64,000 nt of DNA. Source: Octopus vulgaris. Lineage: Eukaryota. Made by a program: the position numbers and the translations under genes. The notes under the pieces were generated by a model. It was not told where the DNA came from and searched no databases. It saw only the letters and a program-made list of their open reading frames with translations. Where the stretch lies: the NCBI GenBank assembly GCA_951406725.2, contig OX597815.1, positions 53,754,001 through 53,818,000 on the forward strand, given 5' to 3'. Positions 26,253 to 39,431 of this stretch are shown in pieces (within the stretch, counting starts at the first letter, position 1; every line of letters begins with the position of its first letter).

Positions 26253-28580
26253 TATAAATGGTTTGAATAACACATGGGTTTGACTCCATTTCTTAATTTA
26301 TCCACACACACACATGCATATATGTATATATATGAGAATTTGTTTTGGGGTTTGATATGGAGCTGAAAAGTCTTCGAGTCAAGATCAAGTGATTTCTATT
26401 GGTAAGGTACTGACAAACTAGTAGAACGCATATATAATCAAAGATCGATTGAAAAGTAGCCTAAAGGTTGTATTTCCCCAATCCCCTACGAAGATGAGTT
26501 ACAGTGGGGTTACCCTTAGAGTGATAGTAACAAAAATCAACAAGAAATTTTGCTGGACCGCATACCTGGAGAAAGTACTATGGTGACGAGTTCTTGGAAA
26601 ACATTCCACTGTTTGACGGAACTTAGCAGCCAGAAGAATCAGAGCTAAATGAGTCAGAGCTAAAACGGTACAAGTACTTTTATTCTTGTTGATATCTCAA
26701 AAGTGCTCGATTCTGTCTACTGAAGTACCACAGTGTGGGAGAGAACCTGAATCCACATGGTTTCATACCGGTCATCTTAACCAAACAGCCATATCTGCTC
26801 CACTTTGTATAATTAGCTTAGTGATATGCACATGTGTATTGGGGTTGATAGAGGTAGTAGAGATATTCATAAATACCTGTAGAGATTGTTGTTAACAGAT
26901 GAGCTAACGTCAAGGTATGGTGTACGAAGATGAAAAACTATAAATGAAGTGGTTTCCAGTACAGAGATGCTAATATGAATATGAAGTGGGTATCAGTAAA
27001 ATCGATAGCGACACCGAGATGTAGGGGAGTTTCAAACATGAATGGAAATAGTAAATGAAAAAGCTATCTCATGGTGCTTCACAGTGTGATCGGGGATGAC
27101 AACAATTAAGATAACAAAGTTTACTCATTTGAGGGAGAAAATGCTGGTAGAATCTACTTCCTTTGATGAGGGTACGAAGAGAAAACATCGAGCTTAGATT
27201 TAAACAAACCAAGCAACTCCAACAGTGCAATATATTCTTCGGATAAGCGACGAAAGCGTTTGAACCAATCGATTTACGAGAGCCTTGATGTAGAGATTAT
27301 CGACGACTTAATTCTTCAAGTCAAGAATATACTTGGAGAGTGTCGAGGTGTTTTTGCTCTGTTCAATCCGAGAAGTTAACTATTGCTTTTGATCTATGTA
27401 TTTATTTTACGTTGTTGCTATTTAATATAAAGTTCTTTGCTCAACACTCTATGCTTTCAGTAATACAATTATATACAGGGGAACATAGCAGTTGCATTAT
27501 GGCACAAAAGATAGAATGATATTTAAACAGAGGTTTCAGCTAAGTAGTAGATCATATCAAATTATCTTCACTTGCTTTTTTACTGGTTGTATTATCCTGT
27601 CTCGGTATTTTTCTGGAAATTTCTTTGTATGTAATAAGTTGTAATATTTTGCACGGTTTTTAAAGGATTGCTCTTCGGAATAAATGTCCTTTCTCCATGT
27701 ACTAGTGTTCTTAGATATGCATTTTAAAATAATGAGTGGATGGTTGCAAATTTTCGTTAAGATTTCTGTATTGACTAATTTTACCCAAGCTTTAGATTAG
27801 AGTTATATCTAAAAAATTAACTTGGCTAGCATTAGTTGAAAGTGATACCTTAGTTGATGCTAACTCCTGTAGCTAAACTTGTATTGTTTAATGAAAGAAT
27901 GATTGTATTTTGCTGAGTCGACGGGTACTGACTTGTATGGCATGGGTGCTGATTTGACCTACTACATTTCTCCAGGTCTTACGCAACTCACTTTTAATAG
28001 CATTTAGGTTCTGCTAAGAAGTTAGTCTTGTGATCAGTTGATGTAATATAAAGTCTCTGACTCGGAAAGTTCCGAGGCGGGGGAAGCAAGAGGTATTTTC
28101 TTTTGTGTCTCAGCTTGTGTTTATGTGTTGCTGTGAAATTGGCCCCAAACTAGGTAACTTTTTGAGAAGTCTTGGTAGTGCGTTCTGCTACTGCTCTTAT
28201 CTTGGGGGTTCTGCCGCTGTTTCCGTTGGTGATGCGGTTGTTTCTGCCGCTGGTTTTGCTTTCAAAGCTTCTGTTATTTAATTTCAATGTAATTGTTGTA
28301 GTCATATGTTGTTGTTTCCGAACCTGTGGCATTGGCATTAGTGAGGGCCTTCTTTTATTTGTTCTTCAAAGAGCATATCAAAGCTTTTAAATGGTTGTAG
28401 CATCACAGATGTGACATCTTCTCTTTCGGCTTTCTACTGTCACAAAAAAGAGTTTTTCTGGCCAGTGAATCAGGTCAAAGGTAACTCCTGATCTGTTTGG
28501 AGCAAGAGATCCATTCATATCCATGACCATTTCTCCTAGTACAATTTGGGCAATTCTAGTATTGTGATGTCCTCTTCAGC

Positions 28581-28758
28581 AAGGGTATACGTATCAGTAA
28601 CAAAAGAGTAATGAATAAGGACGCATTTTGTAGCAACAACAGCATAACAAGCTTTAAAAGCGTTATAAAAAAAAGGTGAAGAGAAAAGAAACAACTCGTC
28701 CAGTACCACAAAATGCGTCCTTATTCATTACTTTTTTGTTACTGATACGTATACCCTT
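28581..28758. repeat. Inverted repeat with 51-bp arms (28581-28631 / 28708-28758), one mismatch
   Basis: aagggtatacgtatcagtaacaaaagagtaatgaataaggacgcattttgt versus its reverse complement. Confidence 0.9.
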
Positions 28759-29007
28759 TGCAATAAACTTTAATGCATTAGAAATCACTTTCACTGAGGG
28801 GGATAATCATTAAGTGACGGTTTCTCTGCCGCTAAATTTAACCGTTGATATTGTTAGAAATGCACATATTCTCTCAGTATGACAGTTTATGTAGCCAACA
28901 ATCTGTAAGACAAATATTGTTTAACAGTAAGGTTACATATATTTTTATTATATAGAGCTAATTCATTTTCATAAATATTTGGTGTGTAACATTATTTTTC
29001 TCTTATA

Positions 29008-30091
29008 GGGAAGACCGAGTCAAGTTGTTACACGGGTAAGTTGCTACAAGCCCATTGTTTCCAACTTCAAGAAATAGGTGGCACTCGGGTCTCTACCCCA
29101 TGAAGGTCAACTCCACAGCATCATGACTGCACATGTGTATTGCACTGGTGCGTTGTCACCAGAAAAGTTATGGTTCAAAAAACGATTTTTTACTTCAAAA
29201 GTTAAATTTTGTCACAAAGTTATTTCCTTAACAACTAAAGCACACATGGTGTTACTAAAGTAGTTTGTGGCTCATTAGAAAGTGTTGGCAGTTGCCTTTG
29301 ATACATAAAGGTGTGTCCTGGATGCCATGCATTGTTAGTGCTGTGTACGAGGTAATCCCCTGAAATCCATGGTCGGGGCTAATTGTTACAGTGTATCAAC
29401 TTACCCCAGGCATGTAAGAACTTACCCCTTCTATTTCAGTTTAACATTCCATGCCTAAAAATTAAAAAAAAAGGAGGACTACAAGGGTGGGGTACTCCTC
29501 CTGATGTCATGGAAAGAGCTGTTAGGTTGCGGATGAAAAGAAATCATTACAGGATGTTGCCGTAAAACAACGCATAGTGGATGAAATAAACGAACGGAAA
29601 TCCAAACTAAAGAAGGCAACTGGTACAGAAAAGGCAACAAAGGGGAAGGGAAAGTCAACTAAAACAGGTAACGGCAAAGGAAAGCAGCCTCGCAGCTAGC
29701 GATTCCGACTAGATGGCACATGTAAGAATGGCAATGTAACAGTTAAGATATGAGGTGGTTCAAAGCACAGTTAATTAAAATAATGCTTCCTAGATGCAAG
29801 AAGCAGGAAACGTATTCATTTAAAACTTTATTCACATAATTCCGAGTTATCGAAAGTGTCACAACGTAACCCGCACTCGGGGAAAATTGTTACAGCCCAC
29901 ACCACCTCATTAATTAGAACGTGTCTAATTAATGTTATGTAATTTCTCTTTTTTGCTGGTGATAACAATAAATAGATATGTTTTACTAATTAAATCTGAA
30001 AAGAAATTTCAGCTGTGTTCATTTATGTGGGTGCCAAGGCAAAAAAAAAAAAAAAAATGAAAAAAATGTAACAACTAGACCCAGTCTCCCC
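29008..30091 (+). mobile_element. pogo/Tc1-like deletion derivative with TA TSD
   Basis: ta|gggaagaccgagtcaagttgttaca ... tgtaacaactagacccagtctcccc|ta; remnant MPKN...TPPDVMERAVRL resembles a pogo N-terminus; internal subterminal motifs ttgttaca. Confidence 0.75.
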
Positions 30092-30174
30092 TATGCTGTC
30101 AGTTTACATGGCTAATTTATCTTGCTGTTATGTTTTTATTTCTTATGTGCTTCCTATATTTTTCGCACTGAGTA

Positions 30175-30385
30175 ATGCGGTGAGCTGACAGAAACGTAAG
30201 CACGCCGGACAAAATGCTTAGCGGCATTTCGTCTGTCTTTTCGTTCTGAGTTCAGATTCCGTCAAGGACGACTTTGCCTTTCATCCATTTGGGGTCGATA
30301 AATTAAGAACCAGCTGAGCACTGTAGTCTATGCAATCGACTTTCTACTCCAAAATTGCTGGCATTTTGCCAAAATTTGAAACCTA
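30175..30385 (+). mobile_element. SINE family B
   Basis: gcggtgagctgacagaaacg...caaaatttgaaacc. Confidence 0.88.
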
Positions 30386-31129
30386 TATTTCTTGCATTGT
30401 TAATACCTTCATTTCTTTTTAATGTTCCGCCATAGAGAAATGTATTGTAAAACTGTTTCTGGTGAGAGTTCTAAAGAAGGAGGAAATTACTGTACAGAAT
30501 TGGTATATGAAAAATAAATCAATTTTCAGAGACTACAGTACGATATTTAAAGACGACAATCTCAGACCATTGTTCCTGTAGAATAGTAAAATATTTTCTA
30601 GAAAAATTCTATTTTTAATTGGACTACTTTTATATTTTCCATTTGCATTTTTCAAATATTTAAGACGTTATTACATACTCTGACAAGCTGAGAGTGTACC
30701 GTATCAGTATAAAAATGTAGAGGTCGTTGAAAATGCCCTTTACAGTTTTTTAGCATAACTTAGCATACTGTTATTACTAAAGAAATAAACAAAATCGTCG
30801 CGTCTATTTTCTTCTCGTAGAACGGTTTTTCAAGAGGAAACTGGCAAAAATATTTCTAACCCATTTTACCCGAAAGATACTAATTACTGTTGTATAATAA
30901 TACATTCCTTATGTTCAATTACGCCAACACCACCTATACATTATAAGCAATATGTCCAAATTAAATTCGAGCTATTGTTTTAGCTAAGATACATAAACTC
31001 ACACGCACACATGGTATTATTACTTGAGGCTGTGAGAACATTATAATGTATGCACCGTCTTTGCAATAAAACAATTGATTATGATAATGTCAATTAAATG
31101 ACTGATACTGTACTGTGTAGCGTAATATT

Positions 31130-31295
31130 GATTTCAAATTTTAGCTCAAGACCAGCACGTTCGGGAGAGGGATTACATCGACCCCAGTGCTTGACTGGTA
31201 CTTATTCTGTCGATCCCGTAAAGATGAAATGTAAAGTCAACTTCAGCAGACGGACGAAAGCATTTCGCCTGGCGTGCTAACCACTCTGCCGCCTT
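31130..31295 (-). mobile_element. SINE family B, internally deleted
   Basis: Reverse complement motifs gattacatcgaccccagtg and catttcgcctggcgtgctaac. Confidence 0.8.
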
Positions 31296-32077
31296 CAAGG
31301 AAACGATATTTGTTATGCTGATCCCCACACAGCACTAGAAGCAATGTAAAATGAAGTGATTGGCTCAAAAACGACATCGCCCGCTTTGGGAGTTGAATCC
31401 ACGATCTAGCGATCATGCACGCAACACCCTAACCATTTGGCTATATGCCTTCAGAGTGTAGTGTAATATTACTTATATTTTAAAAAGACTAATTTGAACA
31501 AAAATACCCTTAACAATTTAAAGACCATGTCGTGGTGTGATCGTCCATAGACTTGAGGTTTTATTAACTCACCGACGCTCCAGCCGAGACAGCAAATGTC
31601 ATTCCTGAAACAGATGAAAGTACTTTTTCAATGGTCGACGAAGATATTCTTCCGCTATCATTCAAAACAATGTTCAGACAGTCAAATACTAAGCATAGTA
31701 ATATCGTGGATGCACTTCTCTTTTGATTGTAGAAAAGTATAGGCTGATCGTGATCTGAAGGGACAAGTATGTAATTAAACTCGATTTGTTCGAATTTCTT
31801 TAAATAGTCCTATGATGGACTAGAAGTAACATGTGTGATATTCTCTAATTATAAGGCCTGAAATTTTGCGGTTGTATCTTAGTCGATTACATCGTCTCCA
31901 CACAACTAGCACTTGATCGATTTAGAGCGATGAAACGCAAACTTGACCTCAAAGGTAGCATTTGAACTCACAACAAAAGCCGGAATCTGTGCTGTTAAGC
32001 TTTTTGTCAGGCATGATAACGATCCCAACATGTGCAATATCTGTCAATAGTTAATATGTTAATATGTTAATTGTTAA

Positions 32078-32472
32078 AGGCGGCGAGCTGGTAGAAACGT
32101 TAGCACGCCGGGCGAAATGCTTAGCAGTATTTTGTCTGCCGCTACGTTCTGAGTTCAAATTCCGCCGAGGTCGGCTTTGCCTTTCATCCTTTCGGGGTCG
32201 ATAAATTAAGTACTAGTTACGCACTGGGGTCAATGTTATCGACTTAATCCGTTTGTCTGTCCTTGTTTGTCCTCTCTGTGTTTAGCCCCTTGTGGGCAAT
32301 AAAGCAATAGGTATTTCATTTGCCGCTACGTTCTGAGTTCAAATTCCGCCGAGGTCAACTTTTCATATCATCCTTTCGGGGCCGGTAAATTAAGTACCAG
32401 TTGCGTACTGATCGATCTAATTGACTGGCTCCCTCACCCAAAATTTCAGGCCTTGTGTCTTGAGTAGAAAAG
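32078..32472 (+). mobile_element. SINE family B dimer with 17-bp TSD
   Basis: TSD aatatgttaattgttaa at 32061-32077 and 32473-32489. Confidence 0.93.
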
Positions 32473-33179
32473 AATATGTTAATTGTTAATAATATGACAC
32501 GTGGCTGCTTCACTCAAAAGGAAATACTTAAGAAATATTTTAATATCCCAGATAATGATACATGCAAATCATTTAAGAGTCATTGCAATTAGTACACATG
32601 AAAGCAGACCTTCTCAAACAAGATCAATACAGACGTGAAACAAATCAACAAGTTCGGTTGTAGTGTCAGAGACAATTCAAAACTTACATTGATACACATT
32701 AACCATTAACTTCGGAATTGGTATAAATTCTGGGAAACGGAAGAATCGGTTATATCGACCTCTCACACTGTTGAAGTGTGACTGAGATGAAAATATTGAC
32801 AAAATTAAAAATAAGAATACAATTGAAATATCATCGAACCTGGACTGATAAGCATTGACAGAATCATAAATACGAGACCTTCTCCGCTCATATTACGATT
32901 CAATAAAAAAAATAACGTCAGTATATCATATATATAAATACATGTGTGTAAATATCATGCATACATACACGCGCACGCGCGTGTGAGTGTACTTATGTAT
33001 GAGTATTTCTAAGAGTGTAGGTGCGTGTGCGGAGGTGGGGGTGTTTTCGTATCGGTTGTCTTTAAATTATCATTCTTTGTTTTGGTTTAAATTGATTCGT
33101 TGCATTTATAGTGATTGTATTGTCGCAACGCTCCTCTTTTTTTTTTTTTTGCTGTTGATTGACATTAGATGATTACATT

Positions 33180-33880
33180 GCTTGCAGTTTATAGGTTGTT
33201 AATATTTGTTTCTTGGAGTCATGAGAAGTGAGAGCAATGAGGCGATAGTTCGTTCGGTAGGAGGGGTTGCATTCCTTTCAAACAGAACACACTGTAGTAT
33301 GTTTCCAAATGTCGGAGTATAACCTTGTAGATACTGCGGGATTAAAAAGTTTTAGCGTGTAAAGGAGAAAGTTTGAGGACATATTGTAGTGAGGGACATT
33401 GTTAGAACTGATGGATTCATTCGTTTGAAACAAATGGCGCTATTTTCATACCTGGCATGTGTATAAGCAAAGGGGCGAAAAGAGGAATATTTGGAGGGAA
33501 TCGGTTGAGGGTGTGTGACGTGGAGTTGGATGCAAAACAGGCAACGAAAATTGAGGCTTTCTTTATGGGAGTATTGCTTATGGAGCTATCATTGTTTAGA
33601 AGATGAAGAAAAGAGGACTTTACCAATATGGTGGAGAACGTTTCGGCAAGGATTCAGAAGGATTGGTTTCGGTTTAGGAAGGAGTAAAGCTCAAGATCTG
33701 TGTGATACACTAGGGCATCATAGAATTCTTACAGGAGTTGTGCTGCTGGGTAAACGTTACCCAGCTTGGAGGAGGATGAAGAGATTCTCCAGGTATTGTA
33801 GAACTTGTTTTTATTCAACTACAAAAAAATCCATTTGGAATCATTAGGGCACTGGATTTTTGTGCGGGATGTGTGAAGTG
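33180..33880 (-). mobile_element. Degraded LINE ORF2 fragment (CR1/Jockey group)
   Basis: NDSSISNTPIKKASIFVACFASNST resembles the pre-RT motif KA..F...FASNSTL of this group. Confidence 0.6.
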
Positions 33881-33884
33881 ATAA

Positions 33885-34167
33885 ACCTCGACTTATTCTA
33901 ACGGTCTCTTTTGTCGAACCTCTAGTTTACGGGGACGTAAAGAAACCAATACCGGAATTGTCAAGCGGTAGTGGAGGACGCACACACACTTATTCACAGC
34001 TCTCTCGCGCGCGCGACGAGCTTATTTCAGTTTCCGACTATCAAATCCATTCACAAGGCTTCGGTCAGCCCGAAGCTATAGCTGAAGACAATTGTGCAAT
34101 GTGCCACGCAGTGAACCCGGAATTATGTGCTTCACAAGCAAACGTCTTACTACATAGCTACTCCTGC
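33885..34167 (-). mobile_element. SINE family A, partial
   Basis: Reverse complement of the body and head. Confidence 0.82.
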
Positions 34168-34219
34168 GACAAACTAGTGCTTGTGTGTAATATTTAATGT
34201 TGTGTGTGTATGTATATGT

Positions 34220-34262
<43 letters not shown>

Positions 34263-35064
34263 TGTGTATCCGTGTGTGTGTGTGTGTGTGTAGGCTGTGG
34301 ACTCTCTATAGAAACAGGCCGCTGTACATTGGAATAGTATTGCATATACATAACGATTCATTATCGTCATATAAATGTAAAACCGAATAGGAACTAACTC
34401 CATTGCCTATGTATTAGTTGCGGGATAAGCTGAAATGGAAACTGCTTGGCTAAAAGGTGTAACGGATTTTTTCTGTCTATAAATTAACTGGGCCATCTGA
34501 ACACATTTTCTTTCTCACTCTCTGTTTCTTCATTGAGATCCAGATTTAAGTCGAACTTATGTATCATTTCTAGGAATGTAGCGCTTATAATTCGCCAAAT
34601 GTTCATATTTTCATTCTTGGTATACGTACATAAAATATAACAAATTGTTGGTCTAAGGGAAATAACTTTTATAAAGTATATACCGTAATTATGTCCCTTC
34701 TTTTGATTAACACATTTTGCCTTGCATTGTATGAAAAGTTTCTTCGATTTTTCTCATGCTATGACTGATTCCCTTAGTCACCCAGTTAATAAACTGAATT
34801 AATTAATTGATTAATTAATTAATTAATTAATTACATTAATTACATTAATCAATCAATTAACCAATCAATCAATTCAGCAACATATATTAACTGATTTACT
34901 GATTGATACATATATATTTAATACTTAGTGATGTTTAGCAAGATTTATACACACACACATACACACACACACACACACACACATAAAGATATGCTTGTTT
35001 GCCTGTAGATAGATAGTTAGACAGACTGAGAGAGAGAGTCTGTGTGTGCGTGTGTGTGTGCGTA

Positions 35065-35109
<45 letters not shown>

Positions 35110-35121
35110 GGGAGCTTTATG

Positions 35122-35480
35122 AACTAGGTGTTAAAACTCGCAAGATGCGACATTGAAGAATATGTAGACAGGCTATACTTCGCACGCAAGGATGGTGGTT
35201 GTGGTCTCAAATCTGTATTGATGTCATATGAAGGACATATTGCGACACTGAAACATCTGCAGCAGAGAAAAGAGAACAAATTTGTGACCATGAAATTAAC
35301 AACTTAATTAGGATAGCTAATGAACTTGAGGCGAGGCAAGAAAGAAAAGCTGACACAGATCTCTTCCCAATGAGCGTTGTTAAAATTTATTTATCAGAAC
35401 AAAATATAAAGAAAAAGAAATGGATGACCTCACTGAGGTACATTGGTACCTGGAAAGGAAAACAAAAACTATAGAAGAGA
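35122..35480 (+). mobile_element. Non-LTR retrotransposon fragment (R4/Dong-like)
   Basis: RLYFARKDGGCGLKSV matches the post-RT motif RLY..R..GG.GL. Confidence 0.6.
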
Positions 35481-35549
35481 CTGTTTTGGAGAACACTCCT
35501 TTGTTTATGATCCTATTTACATACCATATATATTTATATTCTCTTTAAC

Positions 35550-35740
35550 ACTTTTATACGTTTCAGTCATTTGATTGTGGCCATGCTGGAGCACCGCCTT
35601 TTGTCGAAGAAATCGACCCAAGGACTTATACTTTGTTAAGCCTAATACTTATTCTATCGGTCTTTACCGAACCGCCAAGTTTCGGGGACATCAATATCGG
35701 TTGTCAAGAAATGGTGGGGGAACAAAGACAAATACAAAGA
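35550..35740 (-). mobile_element. SINE family A, 3' half
   Basis: tttcagtcatttgattgtggccatgctggagcaccgcc... Confidence 0.85.
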
Positions 35741-35755
35741 CACACGCATGCACAC

Positions 35756-35814
<59 letters not shown>

Positions 35815-36060
35815 CATACACACACTGGTATATATACACATACATTCACACACACAGTTATATACATACATACCCGCACACGCACGCACACACACACACA
35901 CACACGCACACACATGTACACACACACACACACACGCACACACATGTACACACACACACACACACGCACACACATGTACACACACACACACACACACACA
36001 CCGTTTGTAGAAAACATAAATCCGAAAGAAGAAGCATACTCTAAGATGTAGAGCAGTATA

Positions 36061-36218
36061 TATTAAAAATGAGGTAGGCTGGCTTATGGGAATGCCTTAG
36101 GCTTCCTGTCCATAAAGTTTTCTGCTTTATGGCGTATCATCAGATCCCAAAAACCTGCTGGTCCATCACCCCTTAAAAATAAGATAAACCCATAAACCGG
36201 CTTTCCTCATTTTTAATA
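36061..36218 (-). mobile_element. Short element with inverted ends of about 30 bp enclosing a variant hammerhead (36088-36148)
   Basis: Ends tattaaaaatgaggtaggctggcttatggg / cccataaaccggctttcctcatttttaata. Minus strand: ggga t CTGATGA tacg ccataaag-loop-ctttatgg acag GAAGC ctaag GCA t tccc. Confidence 0.6.
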
Positions 36219-36236
36219 CATACATACATACATATA

Positions 36237-36294
<58 letters not shown>

Positions 36295-36299
36295 CTTTG

Positions 36300-36337
36300 A
36301 GTAGAGTTGGTAGACAGAAACTGAAAGAACCCCATTG

Positions 36338-36381
<44 letters not shown>

Positions 36382-36580
36382 CGTGTTTGTGTGTGTGCAT
36401 TTATGTCTGCATGTCTTTGTCCCTCCACAAGCGCTTGAGCATCGAAGTAGGTGTGTAGGTGCATAAACTAACAGTTCAGTTAAAGTATCCGACAGAATAA
36501 GTATTAGGCTTACAAAGAATAAGACTTGGCATCGATTCCTTCGACTGCATTCAGATGACTGAACCAAATAAAAGGTATCT
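36300..36580 (+). mobile_element. Diverged SINE family A, 3' part
   Basis: tggtagacagaaactgaaagaacccc...aggcttacaaagaataag...gatgactgaaccaaataaaag. Confidence 0.8.
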
Positions 36581-36611
36581 CTGTATGTATGTGTGTGTAT
36601 ACATATATACA

Positions 36612-36642
<31 letters not shown>

Positions 36643-36673
36643 GATAATACACACACACACGCACACATGTATG

Positions 36674-36707
<34 letters not shown>

Positions 36708-37582
36708 TGTATGTATGTATGTATGTATGCGATAAGATTTGCACATGCGCAAAACATGGTGAAAAGCCTTAAAAAAAACAACTAATAAACGTTGATCTAA
36801 GGGACCTAACACGTGTCAAGTGTAATTCGCTTATCTCCCTTGTATTGTAAATATGGGTGTGTGTTTGTGTTGTGCAAATGTGTGTATGTGTGTGTGTGCG
36901 TGTGTCAATGTGTTTGAGCGTTTGTGTGTGCTCGCGCGCTCATGTGTGCGTGTGTGTATCGGTTTCTACGAAATATATTCTGGTTGTCAAATCTATGAAA
37001 GTCTCTACTCATCGAAGTACGTAGTTGATCATTCCGCAGGATAATCAGTCATAAAATTCGATGAGTAGATTATCCTTAAATTTCTTGTGATTTTGTACGT
37101 GACAACTTGGACCGAATGTATCCGACTATATTTTAACCAATTCATGTTTTTAGTCAGTTTCATTCATAAATATCTGGGTCAAAATGGAATCAGATAACTG
37201 CTGATGGTACTGCGTGTGGCTGGATCGAATTCAGGACCTAATCATTGTGAAGTAACTTTCCTTCCAAATTGATCTAACACCATCACACTCATCACCTCTC
37301 ACCATATCACATCATACCATGGACACTCATCTTTTATTTGTTTCAGACATTAGGCTGCTGGAGTGAAGAATTTTTAGTCGGATAAATCCACTCCAGTACA
37401 TTTTTTTAAAGCCTTATACTAATTAAATCGGTGTCTTTGCCGAACCGCTAAGTCAAACGGTGGTGATCGACACAAACAGTCTTACACATATATATGTATA
37501 CATACATACATGCATACATACATATATATACATACATACATACATGCATACATACATACATACATACATACATGCATACATG

Positions 37583-37614
<32 letters not shown>

Positions 37615-37784
37615 CATGCATGCATCCATGCATGCATACATACATATATACATACATGCATGCATGCATGCATGCATACATACATACATACATGTATACA
37701 TACATACATACATACATACATACATACATACATACACACACACATATATGTTTGTATGTATGCATGCATGTATGTATGTATACA

Positions 37785-39202
37785 TAACCAAATGAATAAT
37801 AACAGACGATGGATAATTGTCAGCTCATTACAGCCGTTTCTTAAGCATTTTTAAATAGAAGAATGAAAACATTGCTTCATTCAGAAAACCGTAATCATCC
37901 GATGAAAGGTAATTTCACAAACAAAAAAATATCCCAAGAATACAGCAGGGACGACAGACTTCAGTCACGGCCCTGTCGGTTTTTTGTCGTGATGTAATGT
38001 TCTCATCTTCTATAAAAAAAAGATGAAAGAAACGGTTGTAATGAGCTGACAATTATCCATCGTCTGCTATTATTCATTTTGATTATAATTCACTAACGGG
38101 ATTTACGACATGTCGCACGGCCTGGAGAATACCAGTAACGCACAATCAACGTAACGTGTGCTTTAGACCAGCCCTTAGGCGCTAAATACTCATAGGGATC
38201 CGATATGATATGGCTCAATCATTCTTCGGAACCACAGGTTTATCCAATCCTACCTGTTGTATATTATTTCAAGTATATATTATTTCAAGTACCCGATTCT
38301 GTCTGAATCCTTATTTTACTATATGTAAACATACATACATACATACATACATACATACATACATAATATATATGCTGGCCACTTGATCAGATCGATATTT
38401 AAATATCGATATTATCCTTATTTATAAATTTATATAATTCGTCAATTCAATGCGGTGTTTATTTTTGACCATATCGCGCTTGTGAGGTGGTTCACGGGCA
38501 ATTCACACTGGTCTTGTACATACGAGCATATATATGTATGTATGGACGTTCGTATATGTAAGTATAACGTGTGTTCTGTATATATGTATTTGTATTTATG
38601 TGCCCATCTGGTATATTCAACTGACGAAGGCAGAACTTATTTGAAGCAAACCCAGAAATCAAAGATCTTGAATTATCCAGTAAAATCGTTTTTTGCTAGT
38701 TTATTTTGTCTCTCTGTCATATCTCATGGCGCGATATGAACATTTAAGGTGGTTTTTAGGTCAGGGTTTTGATTGCTATCTCGGCATGGTGGTATCTCTC
38801 AGATACCCTTATTTATAGTCTTATATATATATACACGACGGGCCTTTTTCAGTTTTCATGTTTCAAATCCACTCACTGCGCTCTTGTCGGTCCTAGGCTG
38901 TGGTAGAAAAGTGGGAAAGAACCCGGAACCATGTGGTTGGGAAACAAGCTTTTTACCACACAGCCTCGCCAACCTATGCACACGCATTTTATAAAACGCT
39001 CTCAGTGATTAAATGTTCCGCTCACACCAGACTCTCAGTTTATAAATAATAGTTTAAAGCTTCCTTTTGTCATGAAGTAGTGTTCTCATCTTCTATAAAA
39101 AAGAAGTGAAAGAAACAGTTGTAATGAGCTGACAATTATCCATCGTCTGCTATTATTCATTTTGATTATAATTCACCAACGGGATTTACGACTTGTCGCA
39201 CG
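37785..39202. mobile_element. Penelope-like pLTR arrangement: one inverted copy (37785-37884) and two direct copies (37985-38119, 39065-39202) of a 100-135-bp unit
   Basis: Shared gaaac(g/a)g(t/c)tgtaatgagctgacaattatccatcgtctg; direct copies 1083 bp apart; a degenerate HHR-like motif in each. Confidence 0.7.
38615..38673 (+). ncRNA. Type I hammerhead ribozyme candidate
   Basis: attcaa CTGACGA agg...ccca GAAA tc aaa g ATC ttgaat: 6-bp stem I, stem III ATC/GAT, AUC triplet; stem II is weak. Confidence 0.65.
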
Positions 39203-39349
39203 CCCAATATACATATATATGTATATATACAAACATATAAGAGATGGCCATAATAGGACATCTGACTCACTAGAAAGAGCAGTTAAATTCCAAACCACTA
39301 CTAGTTGTAATTATGAAATGGAAAGAGAAATAAAAACGTTTACCCTATC

Positions 39350-39431
39350 CTTTCTGGACTATGCATAGTTTCGGCAATCTTTGTAAATAAAATAAATTAT
39401 TTACGATTGGCGTTGCCTCTTCAGCAGAAAG
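39350..39431 (-). ncRNA. Canonical type I hammerhead ribozyme
   Basis: Minus strand: ctttctg CTGAAGA ggcaa...ttgcc GAAAC tatgcata GTC cagaaag. Perfect 7-bp stem I, 5-bp stem II with G-C closing pair, palindromic stem III, GUC site. Confidence 0.9.

Noticed and set aside
26900-28450. Possible ancient LINE remnants (also about 16150-16850, 21400-22110 and 46830-47750)
   Set aside because: Strand-skewed composition and faint peptide hints only; too decayed to call without tBLASTn or HMM searches.
32078-32170. tRNA-like A/B boxes at SINE heads
   Set aside because: No complete cloverleaf; they continue into SINE bodies flanked by TSDs.
36070-36090. tgaggtag resembling the let-7 5' end
   Set aside because: Only the first 8 nt match and it lies in the inverted end of a repeat.
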